Origin: Delftia acidovorans NBRC 14950
Lineage (GTDB): Bacteria; Pseudomonadota; Gammaproteobacteria; Burkholderiales; Burkholderiaceae_C
Assembly: GCF_001598795.1 (NCBI RefSeq)
Contig: NZ_BCZP01000008.1
Location: 30,001-62,000 of the forward strand
Reading direction: 5' to 3'
Length of the DNA: 32,000 nt
A model generated the notes under the pieces. That model was not told the origin of the DNA and did no database searches. It saw nothing but the letters and a program-made list of their open reading frames with translations. Position 1 is the stretch's first letter. Each line of letters begins with the position of its first letter. Position numbers and translations under genes: made by a program. Positions 16,836-25,341 of the stretch are shown piece by piece.

Positions 16836-17021
16836 TTCTGCGGGAGTGCAGAGCAGATGTCCCGTGGGGAGCCTGGCCATTGAGCTTCCGATCGTGCCGG
16901 ATCGCTCTGCAGAGGCCCAGGCTGTTTCGGAGCGAGCGCCGTAAGATGACCCGTCGTCACCCGACAGGGTGAAAAGACAGGCCCGAGCAAGGTAACGCCA
17001 GCAAGAAAGGAATCACGTCCT

Positions 17022-17168
17022 ATGGATAAGCAGGCGCTTGGCGAACGCGATATCTGTACCAAGCTCATCACGCAGGCTATGGAAAAGTCTGGATGTGACG
17101 CCCGGACCGAGGTGCGCGAAGAATTCCCTCCGGACGCACTCAGGGCCAATAGCGGGGGTGCAGTATGA
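17022..17168 (+). pseudogene. hsdR: Relic of a type I restriction enzyme R subunit (HsdR N-terminal ~35 codons only)
   Basis: My translation is MDKQALGERDICTKLITQAMEKSGCDARTEVREEFPPDALRANSGGAV*. The ERDICTK.IT.A.EK.G.D..T..REE string is the characteristic HsdR N-terminus (..SERDICTKFITPALEKAGWD...QIREE..). The ORF is 48 codons, against roughly 1000 for an intact HsdR. Its stop overlaps the yhcG-like start (ATGA at 17165-17168). Confidence 0.65.
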
Positions 17169-18313
17169 GCACCCACCTGCCCGCCGACTACCCGGCACTG
17201 CTGGCCGATATCAAGCAGCGTGTCCGCCATGCCCAGACGCGGGCCATGCTGGCGGTCAATGCCGAATTGATCCGCCTGTATTGGGATATCGGGGCACTGA
17301 TCGACCAGCGCCAGAAACGGGAAGGCTGGGGTGCCGCAGTCATCCCTCGGCTGGCCAAGGATCTGCACAACGAACTGCCGGAGGAAAAAGGTTTTTCCGA
17401 GCGCAACATCAAGCGCATGCTGGCTTTTTATCGCGAGTATCCCTCTCTGGCTGCCACAGCCGGGAGCACAGAGAAAGTGCCACAGGCCGTGGCACAACTT
17501 GCCCCCAGCGAAAAAGTGCCACAGGCTGTGGCACAAAGCCGCCAGACACCGGGGGTGGCGGCAGATGGCGCACAGGTGTTTGCTGCTGATGTTCTGCTGT
17601 CCCTGCCGTGGGGCCACCATGCCGAGCTGATCGCCAAGGTCAAGGAGCCGGGCGCACGCCATTGGTACATGTGCGCAGCCATCGAAAACGGTTGGAGCCG
17701 AAGTGTCCTGCTGATGCAGATCGAAACAGCCGCGCACCTGCGACAAGGCAGAGCTGCCAGCAACTTCGCCTTGCGCCTGCCTCCGCCGGATTCCGACCTG
17801 GTACAGCAAACGCTCAAGGACCCTTACCTGTTCGACTTCCTGACGCTGGAATCAGGTTTCCATGAGCGTGAGTTGGAAACCGGTCTGATCACCCATCTGG
17901 AAAAATTTCTCCTGGAGCTGGGCCAGGGCTTCGCCTTTGTGGGGCGCCAATATCACCTGGACCTTGGCGGAGACGATTTCTACATAGACCTGCTGTTCTA
18001 CCACCTCAAGCTGCGTTGCTACGTGGTCATCGACCTCAAGCGGGGCGATTTCAAGCCTGAATACGCGGGCAAGATGAACTTCTACTGCAACGTTGTGGAC
18101 GACAGGTTGCGACACGCAACCGACCAACCCACCATCGGTTTGATCCTGTGCCAGAAACCCAATCACGTGCTGGCCGAATATGCGCTGCGTGGCGTGGACA
18201 AACCCATCGGCGTTTCCGGTTTCGAGCTCACCCGTGCCTTGCCGAAAACCCTGCAAAGCAGCCTGCCCAGCATCGAACAGATCGAGCGCGAGCTGGGAGG
18301 CGGGCATGAATGA
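17165..18313 (+). CDS. YhcG family PDDEXK nuclease-domain protein (DUF1016)
   Basis: 382 aa. N-terminal YhcG_N-like region LLADIKQRVRHAQTRAMLAVNAELIRLYWDIG. C-terminal PD-(D/E)xK core YIDLLFYHLKLRCYVVIDLKRGDFKPEYAGKMNFY. The linker contains an internal 13-aa duplication. Confidence 0.88.
   Translation: MSTHLPADYPALLADIKQRVRHAQTRAMLAVNAELIRLYWDIGALIDQRQKREGWGAAVIPRLAKDLHNELPEEKGFSERNIKRMLAFYREYPSLAATAGSTEKVPQAVAQLAPSEKVPQAVAQSRQTPGVAADGAQVFAADVLLSLPWGHHAELIAKVKEPGARHWYMCAAIENGWSRSVLLMQIETAAHLRQGRAASNFALRLPPPDSDLVQQTLKDPYLFDFLTLESGFHERELETGLITHLEKFLLELGQGFAFVGRQYHLDLGGDDFYIDLLFYHLKLRCYVVIDLKRGDFKPEYAGKMNFYCNVVDDRLRHATDQPTIGLILCQKPNHVLAEYALRGVDKPIGVSGFELTRALPKTLQSSLPSIEQIERELGGGHE
17471..17536 (+). 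repeat. Two 27-nt repeat copies at 39-nt spacing inside the YhcG linker; each copy carries a 7-bp hairpin
   Basis: GAGAAAGTGCCACAGGCCGTGGCACAA (17471-17497) and GAAAAAGTGCCACAGGCTGTGGCACAA (17510-17536). They encode EKVPQAVAQ twice. Each contains GTGCCAC-N5-GTGGCAC. Confidence 0.85.
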
Positions 18314-18427
18314 GCACACCGCCGAACTGCTGGAAAAGCACCTGCGAGCGCTCGAACGCCGCGGATAGTCATGCGATAGAAAAACACGCCAATGCTCAAC
18401 AGGTTGAATTTGACCGTCTGATGGCCC

Positions 18428-19462
18428 GTGGCGGTCTGGTGTGCCGGGCTCGAAGCTGCCCCTGCAACCCACCATAATCACCCATCCCGCCAACCGACCT
18501 CCCTCACCTTCGTGCCCCACCCCACCAGTCCCGCAGCCTCTCCCATCCATGCCGAACTCGTTGCCGTGCTGGCGGCGGTGACCCAGGGCACACCGCGCGT
18601 GCTGACCACGGCGGACGGACAGTTGCTGCCGGCGGGGCCGTTCGAGGTGGGGCACCGTTCGCTGCAGGCCGGCCTGCGCGCCTGGGTGGAGGAGCAGACC
18701 CATCACCCGCTGGGCTACATGGAGCAGCTCTACACCTTTGCCGATGGCGATCGCACCGATGCCAGCGGGGCGCGCGTGATCTCGGTCAGCTACCTGGGGC
18801 TGACGCGCGAATCCGCGGACCGCAGCGCGGGGCAGGCCGTCTGGCAGGACTGGTACCGCTACTTTCCCTGGGAAGACTGGCGCAGCGGCGAGCCGGCCCT
18901 GCTGCGCTCGCACATCGCTCCGCGCCTGCATGCCTGGATGGCCGAGGCGCGCGGCGCCCAGCGTGCGCTGCGGCGCCAGCGCGCGGACATTGCCTTCGGC
19001 CTGGACGGCGGGCCCTGGAACGAGGACATGGTGCTGCAGCGCTACGAACTGCTGTACGAGGCCGGACTGGTGCAGGAGGCGGCCCACCGCGTCCATGGCG
19101 CGGCCGCCATGCTGCCCGGCGAGGCCATGCACCACGACCACCGCCGCATCCTGGCCACGGGCATGGCGCGGCTGCGGGCCAAGATCAAGTACCGGCCCGT
19201 GGTGTTCGAGCTGATGCCGCCCGAGTTCACGCTGCTGCAGCTGCAGCAGACGGTGGAGGCCCTGGCCGGGCGCGGGCTGCACAAGCAGAACTTCCGCCGC
19301 CTGATCGAGCAGCAGGATCTGGTCGAGGAAACCGGCCAGCTCACGGTGGGCTCGGCGGGCCGGCCGGCCAAGCTGTTCCGCTTTCGCAGCGATGTGCTGC
19401 TGGAGCGGGCCATCTCGGGCAGCAAGCTGCCCCTGGCCAAGGGCATCGACGGTTCCCCCTGA
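18428..19462 (+). CDS. nrtR: NrtR-type Nudix-related transcriptional regulator (degenerate Nudix domain plus C-terminal winged helix)
   Basis: The Nudix box is degenerate, GHRSLQAGLRAWVEEQTHHPLG (consensus Gx5Ex7REUxEExGU). The C-terminal part HHDHRRILATGMARLRAKIKYRPVVFELMPPEFTLLQLQQTVEALAG..HKQNFRRLI is typical of the NrtR DNA-binding domain. It is adjacent to nadC. The start is uncertain: ATG 18428 gives a 40-aa low-complexity extension, and GTG 18512 is an alternative. Neither has a clear SD. Confidence 0.75.
   Translation: MAVWCAGLEAAPATHHNHPSRQPTSLTFVPHPTSPAASPIHAELVAVLAAVTQGTPRVLTTADGQLLPAGPFEVGHRSLQAGLRAWVEEQTHHPLGYMEQLYTFADGDRTDASGARVISVSYLGLTRESADRSAGQAVWQDWYRYFPWEDWRSGEPALLRSHIAPRLHAWMAEARGAQRALRRQRADIAFGLDGGPWNEDMVLQRYELLYEAGLVQEAAHRVHGAAAMLPGEAMHHDHRRILATGMARLRAKIKYRPVVFELMPPEFTLLQLQQTVEALAGRGLHKQNFRRLIEQQDLVEETGQLTVGSAGRPAKLFRFRSDVLLERAISGSKLPLAKGIDGSP
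18465..18559 (+). repeat. C-rich direct repeat, copy B (95 nt), overlapping the 5' end of the nrtR ORF
   Basis: CAACCCACCATAATCACCCATCCCGCCAACCGACC...CCATCCATGCCGAACTC. Partner of 16756-16835. Confidence 0.75.
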
Positions 19463-19495
19463 GCCGCACGGCACTTGCCCGATTGTGACAATGGC

Positions 19496-19524
19496 TTGAC
19501 AGCACTTATGCTCGTATCTAGCAT
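19496..19524 (+). promoter_or_regulatory. Candidate nadC promoter
   Basis: TTGACA (19496-19501), a 17-nt spacer, then TAGCAT (19519-19524). Confidence 0.45.
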
Positions 19525-19528
19525 AAGT
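19504..19528. promoter_or_regulatory. Perfect 9-7-9 palindrome; candidate NrtR operator
   Basis: ACTTATGCT cgtatct AGCATAAGT. It overlaps the spacer and -10 of the candidate promoter and lies between nrtR and nadC. Confidence 0.55.
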
Positions 19529-19586
19529 TCCTCGCTCAAGCCCGCAAGGCCGCGCGCCACATTTTTTTGACCTACATATACTCAAA

Positions 19587-20468
19587 ATGAGCATTAATAT
19601 TGCCAATGCCCTCAGTGCCCGCCTGCCGGTACCGCCGCTGCCCGACCTGATGCTGGAGCCGCTGGTGCGCTCGGCCCTGCTGGAAGACCTGGGCCGCGCG
19701 GGTGACCTGACCACGGATGCCATTGTTCCTGCCGACGCACAGGCCGAACTGCGCCTGGTGGCGCGCCAGGAGGGCGTGCTGGCCGGGCTGGACATGGCGC
19801 GGCTGGCGTTCCGTGCGCTGGATGCGCAGTCGCGTTTCGAGCCGGTGCTGCGCGATGGCAGCGAACTGGCGCCCGGCCAGGAGATCGCGCGCATCCAAGG
19901 CAGCGCGCGCGCCATCCTCACCGCCGAGCGCGTGGCGCTCAACTACCTGTGCCACCTGAGCGGCGTGGCCACGGCCACGGCATCGATCGCGCGGGCCATC
20001 GCCGACACGGGCGCACGCGTGACCTGCACGCGCAAGACCATGCCAGGCCTGCGCGCGCTGCAGAAGTACGCGGTGCGCGTGGGCGGCGGCAGCAACCACC
20101 GCTTCGGCCTGGACGATGCCGTGCTGATCAAGGACAACCACATCGCGCTGGCCGGCGGCGTGGCCGAAGCCCTGGCCCGGGCGCGCGCGGGCGTGGGCCA
20201 CATGGTGCAGATCCAGCTGGAGGTGGACACGCTGGAGCAGTTGGAGGTGGCGCTGTCCCTGGGCGTGGAAGTGGTGCTGCTGGACAACATGGACCTGGAC
20301 ACGCTGCGCACGGCCGTCTCCATGGCGCGCGGGCGCGCGGTGACCGAAGCCTCGGGCCGCATCACGCCCGAGACGGCGCGCGCCGTGGCCGAGACCGGCG
20401 TGGACCAGATCGCCGTGGGCTGGATCACGCACAGCGCTCGGGTTCTCGACATTGGCCTCGACACCTGA
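19587..20468 (+). CDS. nadC: Nicotinate-nucleotide pyrophosphorylase (carboxylating), quinolinate phosphoribosyltransferase
   Basis: 293 aa. Contains ..[16 protein letters not shown].., ..[20 protein letters not shown].., ..[39 protein letters not shown].., ..LLDNM... Confidence 0.95.
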   Translation: MSINIANALSARLPVPPLPDLMLEPLVRSALLEDLGRAGDLTTDAIVPADAQAELRLVARQEGVLAGLDMARLAFRALDAQSRFEPVLRDGSELAPGQEIARIQGSARAILTAERVALNYLCHLSGVATATASIARAIADTGARVTCTRKTMPGLRALQKYAVRVGGGSNHRFGLDDAVLIKDNHIALAGGVAEALARARAGVGHMVQIQLEVDTLEQLEVALSLGVEVVLLDNMDLDTLRTAVSMARGRAVTEASGRITPETARAVAETGVDQIAVGWITHSARVLDIGLDT

Positions 20469-20647
20469 AATGAGGCACCCCCTGAGCCGCTGCGCGGCTT
20501 CCCCCGTGTGCACGGCGCCCTCTCTCGCTGCGCGGGAGGGGAACGACACCCTGGCTGCGGGGCGGCGCGGCCGGCTTAGGCCCTTGCTCGGTGTCCCTGA
20601 GTTGGGCTGCGCCGGTTTTTTGCACCTAGCCCAGTGGAGCAGTTGCC

Positions 20648-21652
20648 ATGTTTTTTGAAGGGCGTACCTTGAAGCGACGGAGACTCTGGACGCTGGCGGC
20701 CTGCGCGCTGCTGGCGGGCGCATCGGGGCTTTGGCTGGCGGCGCCGGGCAAGGCCGGCACGCGCCTGGAGCGGCCCATCACCATCGTCGTGACGTTTCCG
20801 CCGGGCGGCGGCACGGACCTGCTGGCGCGGCGCCTGGGCGAGCAGTTGCAGCAGCGCCTGGGCCAGCCCGTGGTGGTGGAGAACCGGCCCGGCGCCAGCG
20901 GCAACATCGGCGCCCATGCCGTGGCTCAGGCCGCAGCGGACGGCAGCACCTTGCTGATGGCCAACAGCTCGTTTGCCATCAACCCCGGTGTCTACGAACG
21001 CCTGGATTTCGACCCGCGCAAGGACTTCACGGCAGTGTTCAACGCAGGTTCCATCGCCTCGGTGCTGGTCGTGCCTGCGGACAGCGCGCTGCAGACGCTG
21101 GAGGATGCGCTGGCCCAGGCGCGCCAGGAACGGCCGCTGCTGTTCGCCTCCTGCGGCAATGGCACGCCCCAGCACCTGGCCGGCGAGATGCTGGCCCGCG
21201 ATGCGAAGCGCTTTGTGCAGCATGTGCCCTACAAGGGCTGCGGCCCGGCCATCACGGCCGTGGCGGCAGGCCAGGTGGCGGCGGGCATGGTCACGGCCAG
21301 CAGTGCCTCGGCCATGATCGCTGCAGGCCGAGTGCGCGCCCTGGCCGTCACGGCGCCGCAGCGACTGCCGCAGCTGGCCGGCGTTCCCACGGTGGCCGAG
21401 CGCGGCCTGCCGGGCTTTGCGGTGGAGCAGTGGCATGGCCTGCTGGCACCTGCCGCCACGCCCCGGGCCACGGTGCAGGCATTGCATGACACGCTGGAAC
21501 AGGCGCTGGCCGATCCCGCCGTCAGCGCTGGCTTGCGCGACCAGGGCTACACCCTGGCGCGGCAGACACCGGGCCAATTCCAGGCGCTGATAGCGGCCGA
21601 CATCGACCGCTATGCCGCCGTGACGCGTGCGCTGGGCCTGAAGGCCGATTGA
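20648..21652 (+). CDS. Bug family (TctC-like) tripartite tricarboxylate transporter substrate-binding protein
   Basis: 334 aa. RRR-containing signal, then ERPITIVVTFPPGGGTDLLAR..VVVENRPGASGNIG..PYKG.GPA.., the canonical Bug/TctC signature. Confidence 0.9.
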   Translation: MFFEGRTLKRRRLWTLAACALLAGASGLWLAAPGKAGTRLERPITIVVTFPPGGGTDLLARRLGEQLQQRLGQPVVVENRPGASGNIGAHAVAQAAADGSTLLMANSSFAINPGVYERLDFDPRKDFTAVFNAGSIASVLVVPADSALQTLEDALAQARQERPLLFASCGNGTPQHLAGEMLARDAKRFVQHVPYKGCGPAITAVAAGQVAAGMVTASSASAMIAAGRVRALAVTAPQRLPQLAGVPTVAERGLPGFAVEQWHGLLAPAATPRATVQALHDTLEQALADPAVSAGLRDQGYTLARQTPGQFQALIAADIDRYAAVTRALGLKAD

Positions 21653-21678
21653 GGGCCAGAGAAGGGCCGATTGGCGAC

Positions 21679-22461
21679 TTACTGCATGAACCAGCCGTGG
21701 CTGACCACCAGCGACTGGCCGGTCAGCGCATTGCTGGGAAAGCCCGCGAACAGCAGGGCCACGCGGGCCACGTCCTCGGTGGTGGTGAACTCGCCGTCCA
21801 CGGTTTCCTTGAGCATCACGTTCTTGATGACTTCGTCCTCGCTGATGCCCAGCGTGCGGGCCTGCTCGGGAATCTGCTTGTCCACCAGCGGCGTGCGCAC
21901 GAAGCCCGGGCAGATCACATTGGCGCGCACGCCGTGCTTGGCGCCTTCCTTGGCCACGGTCTTGGCCAGCCCGATCAGGCCGTGCTTGGCCGTGACATAG
22001 GGCGCCTTGAGCAGCGAGGCCTCCTTGGAGTGCACCGATCCCATGTAGATCACGCTGCCGCCCCGGCCCTGCGCATACATGTGCTTGAGGCAGGCGCGCG
22101 TGGTGAGGAAGGCCCCGTCCAGGTGGATGGCCAGCATCTTCTTCCAGTCGGCGAAGCTGAATTCCTCCACCGGATGCACGATCTGTATCCCGGCATTGCT
22201 GACCAGGATGTCGATGCCGCCGAAGGCCCGGGCGGCCTCCTCGACCGAGGCGTTGACCTGGGCCTCGTCGGTCACGTCCACGGCCACGCCCATGGCCTGC
22301 GCTCCTGTGGCGCGCAGCTCGGCCGCCGTGGCGTCGGCTGCCTCCTTGTTGAGGTCGGCAATGACGATGCGCGCGCCTTCGCTGGCGAACAGCGTGGCGA
22401 TCTCCTTGCCGATGCCGCTGGCCGAGCCGGTGATGAAGGCGACCTTGTCCTTGAGTTGCAT
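21679..22461 (-). CDS. bdhA: 3-hydroxybutyrate dehydrogenase (classical SDR)
   Basis: Track ORF 21679..22791 (-), trimmed to [22 protein letters not shown] (TGxxxGIG). Catalytic YVTAKHG. The BdhA-typical tail is [19 protein letters not shown]...[15 protein letters not shown]. Confidence 0.85.
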   Translation of the reverse strand: MQLKDKVAFITGSASGIGKEIATLFASEGARIVIADLNKEAADATAAELRATGAQAMGVAVDVTDEAQVNASVEEAARAFGGIDILVSNAGIQIVHPVEEFSFADWKKMLAIHLDGAFLTTRACLKHMYAQGRGGSVIYMGSVHSKEASLLKAPYVTAKHGLIGLAKTVAKEGAKHGVRANVICPGFVRTPLVDKQIPEQARTLGISEDEVIKNVMLKETVDGEFTTTEDVARVALLFAGFPSNALTGQSLVVSHGWFMQ

Positions 22462-22618
22462 GGTGAGTCTTTCCTGGAGAGTGGATGAAACAGGCCAGTG
22501 TCCATCTTCGGCGGGGCCGGCCGCGTGCCCTTGTCGGCGCAGGGACCAGTCTGGCGCCGGTTTCTTAGACGAAACTGAGTCGGCAGGCCCGCAAGTCATG
22601 GCCGTGACGGCCGGCCCT

Positions 22619-23548
22619 TCAGGGCGCGGCGGCCTCGCGGTGCCGGGGCTGCTGGAACAGCTCGCAGACCAGTTCGCGCAGCCAGCGCTTGGCCGGTTCC
22701 TGCTCGAAGCGCCAACTCCAGTGCAGCGACACGTCGAAGCGGTGATCGGGCAGGTCGGCGTCGCGCACCGCATAGCCGCCGCGCTCGACAAAGCCGGCCG
22801 CGATCTCGGCCGGCATGATCACCGCCAGGTCGGTCTTGCCCACGATGGAGGGCACGGCCATGAAGTGTGCGGCCGACAGGCGGATGCGCTCGTCGAGCCG
22901 CAGCGCCTGCAGGATGCGCAGCGTCTCCGAATGCGAGCGCACTGCCGCGAAATCCAGCTGGCGCAGCGTGGCCAGCGCCAGTGGCGCGTCTTCGGGCACG
23001 TGCGCCAGTGCGGGGTGGCCGCTGCGCAGCAGCACGCCGTAATGGTCGGACAGCAGCACGGTCTGCCGGGTCCGCGTGCCACCCGGCAGAAAGCCGATGG
23101 CGATGTCCAGCATGCCCCGGTCCAGCGCATCGGCAATGCCGTCCAGCGGCATGGGCAGGGTCTCCAGCTGCACATGCGGGGCGCGCTGGTGCAGCGCCTG
23201 CATCAGCGGCGGCAGAAAGCGCGCCTCGCCGATGTCGCTCAGGTGGATGCGAAAGCGCTGGCGCGCTTGCAGTGGCTCGAAGCTCTGGGCCTCGGACATG
23301 GCGACTTCCAGCACCTCCAGCGCCTGGCGCACGGCCAACGCCAGGCGCTCGGCACGCGGCGTGGGGCGCACGCCCGCATGCGCGCGCTCGAACAGCGGAT
23401 TGCCCAGCAGCAGGCGCAGCCGCGTCACGGCCTGGCTGGCGGCGGGCTGGGACATGCCCAGCTCCTCGGCCGCGCGGCTGACGCTGCAGTGGCGGTACAC
23501 GGCGTCGAAGACGCGCAGCAGGTTGAGGTCCAGGTTCTTGATATCCAT
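22619..23548 (-). CDS. LysR family transcriptional regulator
   Basis: 309 aa. N-terminal w[41 protein letters not shown]. It is divergent from the ThDP-enzyme cluster. Confidence 0.92.
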   Translation of the reverse strand: MDIKNLDLNLLRVFDAVYRHCSVSRAAEELGMSQPAASQAVTRLRLLLGNPLFERAHAGVRPTPRAERLALAVRQALEVLEVAMSEAQSFEPLQARQRFRIHLSDIGEARFLPPLMQALHQRAPHVQLETLPMPLDGIADALDRGMLDIAIGFLPGGTRTRQTVLLSDHYGVLLRSGHPALAHVPEDAPLALATLRQLDFAAVRSHSETLRILQALRLDERIRLSAAHFMAVPSIVGKTDLAVIMPAEIAAGFVERGGYAVRDADLPDHRFDVSLHWSWRFEQEPAKRWLRELVCELFQQPRHREAAAP

Positions 23549-23678
23549 TTGGTGAATATCTCTTAGATAGTTTATTCAATTGCTGGAAATCATAAGCGCC
23601 TGCACCATGGGCGCCGATTTCCATGGCCACCGCGCGGCACGCACCGGGCGGCCGGCCCATTCCCCAGGAGCCCCCATC

Positions 23679-25313
23679 TTGCAAGCACCCACCACCCCCC
23701 GCAGCCAGCCCGCCCAGACTTCCCCCTCCACCGCGACCTACACCGTGCGCCATGCCGTGATCGCCATGCTGCGCGAGCTGGGCATGACGCGCATCTTCGG
23801 CAACCCGGGCTCGACCGAGCTGCCGCTGTTCCGCGACTACCCCGAAGACTTCTCCTATGTGCTGGGCCTGCAGGAAACCGTGGTCGTGGGCATGGCCGAC
23901 GGCCATGCCCAGGCCACGCGCAATGCCAGCTTCGTGAACCTGCATTCGGCTGCGGGCGTGGGCCATGCCATGGCCAACATCTTCACGGCCTTCAAGAACC
24001 GCACGCCCCTGGTGATCACGGCGGGCCAGCAGGCGCGCTCGCTGCTGCAGTTCGACCCCTTCCTGCACTCCAACCAGGCCGCCGAGCTGCCCAAGCCCTA
24101 TGTGAAGTGGAGCTGCGAGCCCGCGCGCGCCGAAGACGTGCCCCAGGCGCTGGCGCGCGCCTACTACATCGCCATGCAGGAGCCGCGCGGCCCCGTGCTG
24201 GTCTCCATTCCCGCCGATGACTGGGACAAGCCGGCCGAGCCCGTCAGGCTGCGCCATGTGGGCTTCGAGACGCGGCCCGATCCGCGCACGCTGGACCTCA
24301 TCGGCCAGGCGCTGGACGCCGCGCGTGCCCCGGCCCTGGTCGTGGGCGCGGCCGTGGACCGGGCCCAGGGCTGGGATGCCGTGGTCGCGCTGGCCGAGCG
24401 CCACCAGGCCCGCGTCTTCGTGGCCCCCATGAGCGGGCGCTGCAGCTTCCCCGAGGACCATCCCCTGTTCGCCGGCTTCCTGCCCGCCATGCGCGAGCGC
24501 ATCGTGCAGCTGCTGTCCGGCCATGACGTGGTCTTCGCCGTGGGCGCGGCCGCCTTCACCTACCACGTGGAAGGCGAGGGCCCGCACATCCCCGAAGGCA
24601 CGGCGCTCTACCAACTGATCGAGGATCCGGCCATTGCCGCCTGGGCCCCTGTGGGCACGGCCGCCGTGGGCAATGTGCGCATGGGCGTGGAGGAGCTGCT
24701 GCAGCGCCCCGCACCCGCACCGCGCCAGGCGCCCGCACCCCGGCCCGCAGCGCCCGTGCCGGCCGCGCCCGCCGCAGGCGAGCGCATGTCGGTGGCCTTT
24801 GCCATGCACACGCTGGCCCAGGTGCGCGACCGCCACAGCATCGTGGTGGAAGAGGCGCCCAGCTCGCGCTCCACCATCCAGACCTACCTGCCCATCTTCC
24901 ACTCGGGCACCTTCTACACCATGTGCAGCGGCGGCCTGGGCCACAGCATGCCGGCCGCCGTGGGCGTGGCGCTGGCAAAGCCCGAGGCCAAGGTGGTCGC
25001 CGTCATCGGCGACGGCTCGGCCATGTACGCCATCCAGGCCCTCTGGAGTGCAGCCCAGCTGCGCCTGCCCATCAGCTTCGTGATCCTCAAGAACCGCCGC
25101 TATGCGGCGCTGCAGGACTTCGCCCATGTCTTCGGCTACCGCGAGGGCGAGAAGGTCGAGGGCACGGAACTGCCCGACATCGACTTCGTGGCGCTGGCGC
25201 GTGGCCAGGGCTGCGACGGCGTGCATGTGGAGAACGCGGCCGAGCTGGCCGATGTGCTGGCCCGCGCGCTGGCCCATCCCAAGCCCATCGTGGTCGAGGT
25301 CGAGGTCGCCTGA
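23679..25313 (+). CDS. mdlC: Benzoylformate decarboxylase-like ThDP-dependent enzyme
   Basis: It aligns by eye along its length with P. putida MdlC: FGNPGSTELPLFRDYPEDFSYVLGLQE, NLHSAAGVG, PLVITAGQQ, VKWSCEPA, IPADDWDK, and the ThDP motif IGDGSAMYAIQALWSAAQ...NN. I propose a TTG start at 23679 with AGGAG at 23666-23670. The track start at 23580 or the ATG at 23607 are alternatives. Confidence 0.85.
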   Translation: MQAPTTPRSQPAQTSPSTATYTVRHAVIAMLRELGMTRIFGNPGSTELPLFRDYPEDFSYVLGLQETVVVGMADGHAQATRNASFVNLHSAAGVGHAMANIFTAFKNRTPLVITAGQQARSLLQFDPFLHSNQAAELPKPYVKWSCEPARAEDVPQALARAYYIAMQEPRGPVLVSIPADDWDKPAEPVRLRHVGFETRPDPRTLDLIGQALDAARAPALVVGAAVDRAQGWDAVVALAERHQARVFVAPMSGRCSFPEDHPLFAGFLPAMRERIVQLLSGHDVVFAVGAAAFTYHVEGEGPHIPEGTALYQLIEDPAIAAWAPVGTAAVGNVRMGVEELLQRPAPAPRQAPAPRPAAPVPAAPAAGERMSVAFAMHTLAQVRDRHSIVVEEAPSSRSTIQTYLPIFHSGTFYTMCSGGLGHSMPAAVGVALAKPEAKVVAVIGDGSAMYAIQALWSAAQLRLPISFVILKNRRYAALQDFAHVFGYREGEKVEGTELPDIDFVALARGQGCDGVHVENAAELADVLARALAHPKPIVVEVEVA

Positions 25314-25341
25314 GGCGAAGCCCCCTGCAGGAGACACGGCA

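Noticed and set aside
18306-18464. 20-codon ORF MNEHTAELLEKHLRALERRG overlapping the yhcG stop, and the following frame fragment ..IEKHANAQQVEFDRLMARGG..
   Set aside because: They may be debris of another lost gene from the R-M locus. They are too short and featureless for me to assign, so I do not report them as features.
19566-19589. Second possible nadC promoter (TTGACC / TATACT) implying a leaderless mRNA
   Set aside because: The -35/-10 spacing does not work: TATACT is only 5 nt from TTGACC, and the -10 lies only 4 nt from the ATG. The upstream TTGACA-17-TAGCAT arrangement is more plausible.
20469-20647. GC-rich nadC-Bug intergenic region with several short stems and a T6 run (around 20613-20618) as a terminator
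   Set aside because: The stem preceding the T-run needs a ~30-nt loop and contains a mismatch. I could not support a confident terminator or RNA call.
23574-23590. Possible LysR-type T-N11-A box (TTCAATTGCTGGAA) in the LysR/mdlC divergent region
   Set aside because: Only a 3-bp dyad (TTC/GAA) supports it. It is too weak to distinguish from chance in this AT-rich patch.
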